Assembly: GCA_005222975.1 (NCBI GenBank) | Contig: NJBI01000042.1 | Span: 1-29,998 of the forward strand | Origin: Promethearchaeota archaeon Loki_b31 | Lineage (GTDB): Archaea > Asgardarchaeota > Lokiarchaeia > Sigyniarchaeales > SOKP01 | Length of the DNA: 29,998 nucleotides | Reading direction: 5' to 3' | In this document: positions 29,022 through 29,998 of the stretch, piece by piece | Layout: the number at the start of each line of letters is the position of its first letter | Numbering within the stretch: the first letter of the stretch is position 1 | Position numbers and translations under genes: made by a program | Notes under the pieces: generated by a model | Seen by the model: only the letters and a program-made list of their open reading frames with translations | Told to the model about the DNA's origin: nothing | The model's database searches: none

Positions 29022-29140
29022 TCGCTAAAATCAAGGGAACCATCAAAATCGTATTTATCTACTTCACTTAAATCAAGCGAACCATCAAAATCGTATTTAT
29101 CTGCCTCACTTAAATCTAGGGAACCATCAAGATCGTACTC
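29022..29140 (-). repeat. 42-bp tandem repeat, about 2.8 copies (encodes KYDFDGSLDLSExD in the giant-ORF frame)
   Basis: CCATCAA(A/G)ATCGTA starts at 29040, 29082 and 29124. Confidence 0.92.
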
Positions 29141-29306
29141 CTTATCAGAACCGAACCCTTCCTTGGTATCACTACTCGAATCGTCCTTATTATCTGACTC
29201 GCTCTCAGAACCAGTGTCTGACTCGCTTTCTTTTTCTCCTCCACTACCCTCGCCATATTCGCTGAAGAACCCTCTCCTCCCACTTGAAAATTGAATACTT
29301 TTTAGT

Positions 29307-29998
29307 TCACTTATTTATGTATTTTGCTCTACTGGTATTGAAATCAGGATAATAAAAATCGGGCGTAAAAATTTCGTATTTATACCCGTTAACACCATCA
29401 ATAACTATTGCTCTTCGGTGTTCTAATCCTTTTAAAAACTCTTGCTCTTCAATAATTTTCGTAAACAAATGGTTGCAGGAATGTGCCGTTCGGAAAACGA
29501 TTTGTATACTTGGTAATGAATGTACGCTCTCAAATAATCTTGATGGCTTATTATCGGCTGATAGTAGAGAAACACCTCGACTTCTAAAAACGCCTAAAAT
29601 GTTTTCCCACTTTTCATTTACGTAATATTTTGCCAAATGTTCGTCATCTGAATAGATTGGACTGCTTGCTTCTGCTAAAAAATCACCAATTTCGTCTAGC
29701 ATTATTACATACTGTAAATTTCCAAGAATCTTTTTGTTAAAATCGAGCTCATCGAGCTCTGGCGTAAAGATGCTTATCATTTGAAAAATTAAGAGCAAGA
29801 GCAGTCGCTTTTTTACGGCACTTTTACAACCGGTTAAATCGATAAAAACATCTTTACCGTTTTTCCATTCTCTAAACCAACTTGGTAGTTCTTTACGTAA
29901 CCTTACGATCTTATTAAGTACTGGCGAATTTAAAAGTCTGATAACCCGATTTTCGATTGCACTTCTCGTTCGTTGATTTATTTCGTCGTCGTATTTGA
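29307..29998 (-). CDS. C-terminal part of an FtsK/HerA-superfamily (HerA/VirB4/TraD-like) P-loop ATPase, truncated by the window edge
   Basis: The frame is open to the window end (KYDDEINQRTRSAIENRV...VFIDLTG...). Walker B YVIMLDEIG, then FRSRGVSLLSADNKPSRL (equivalent to RKxGhxhhhatQxP) and QIVFR. Walker A is not in the window. Confidence 0.72.
   Translation of the reverse strand, partial: KYDDEINQRTRSAIENRVIRLLNSPVLNKIVRLRKELPSWFREWKNGKDVFIDLTGCKSAVKKRLLLLLIFQMISIFTPELDELDFNKKILGNLQYVIMLDEIGDFLAEASSPIYSDDEHLAKYYVNEKWENILGVFRSRGVSLLSADNKPSRLFESVHSLPSIQIVFRTAHSCNHLFTKIIEEQEFLKGLEHRRAIVIDGVNGYKYEIFTPDFYYPDFNTSRAKYINK

Overview
AT-rich archaeal window. An Asgard/Lokiarchaeia-like origin is inferred from BRE/TATA promoters, GGTGA-type RBSs, LipS1/LipS2, the Cof genes, the hybrid LeuRS and a C-terminal Zn-ribbon protein family. 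From left to right: (1) an ISH3-type IS with a frameshifted transposase, next to an array of TCGTAATACGA-like palindromes and a TATA box; (2) leuS on the minus strand, with a bacterial-type core and an archaeal-type C-terminal domain; (3) a plus-strand operon lipS2-lipoate ligase-lipS1-cofE/nitroreductase fusion (FbiB-like)-cofD; (4) a seven-gene minus-strand MoxR/DUF58 cell-surface cluster whose transglutaminase-like protein has lost its catalytic Cys and His; (5) a Pro-rich/coiled-coil/Zn-ribbon protein and an HDAC-family deacetylase; (6) an accessory-looking module with a HerA/VirB4/TraD-like ATPase (cut by the window edge) followed by a giant acidic multi-repeat protein ending in a Zn finger and two HNH-like domains. 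Module 6 and the pseudo-transglutaminase MoxR cluster are the best candidates for undescribed systems. All calls come from reading motifs by eye; no searches were run.
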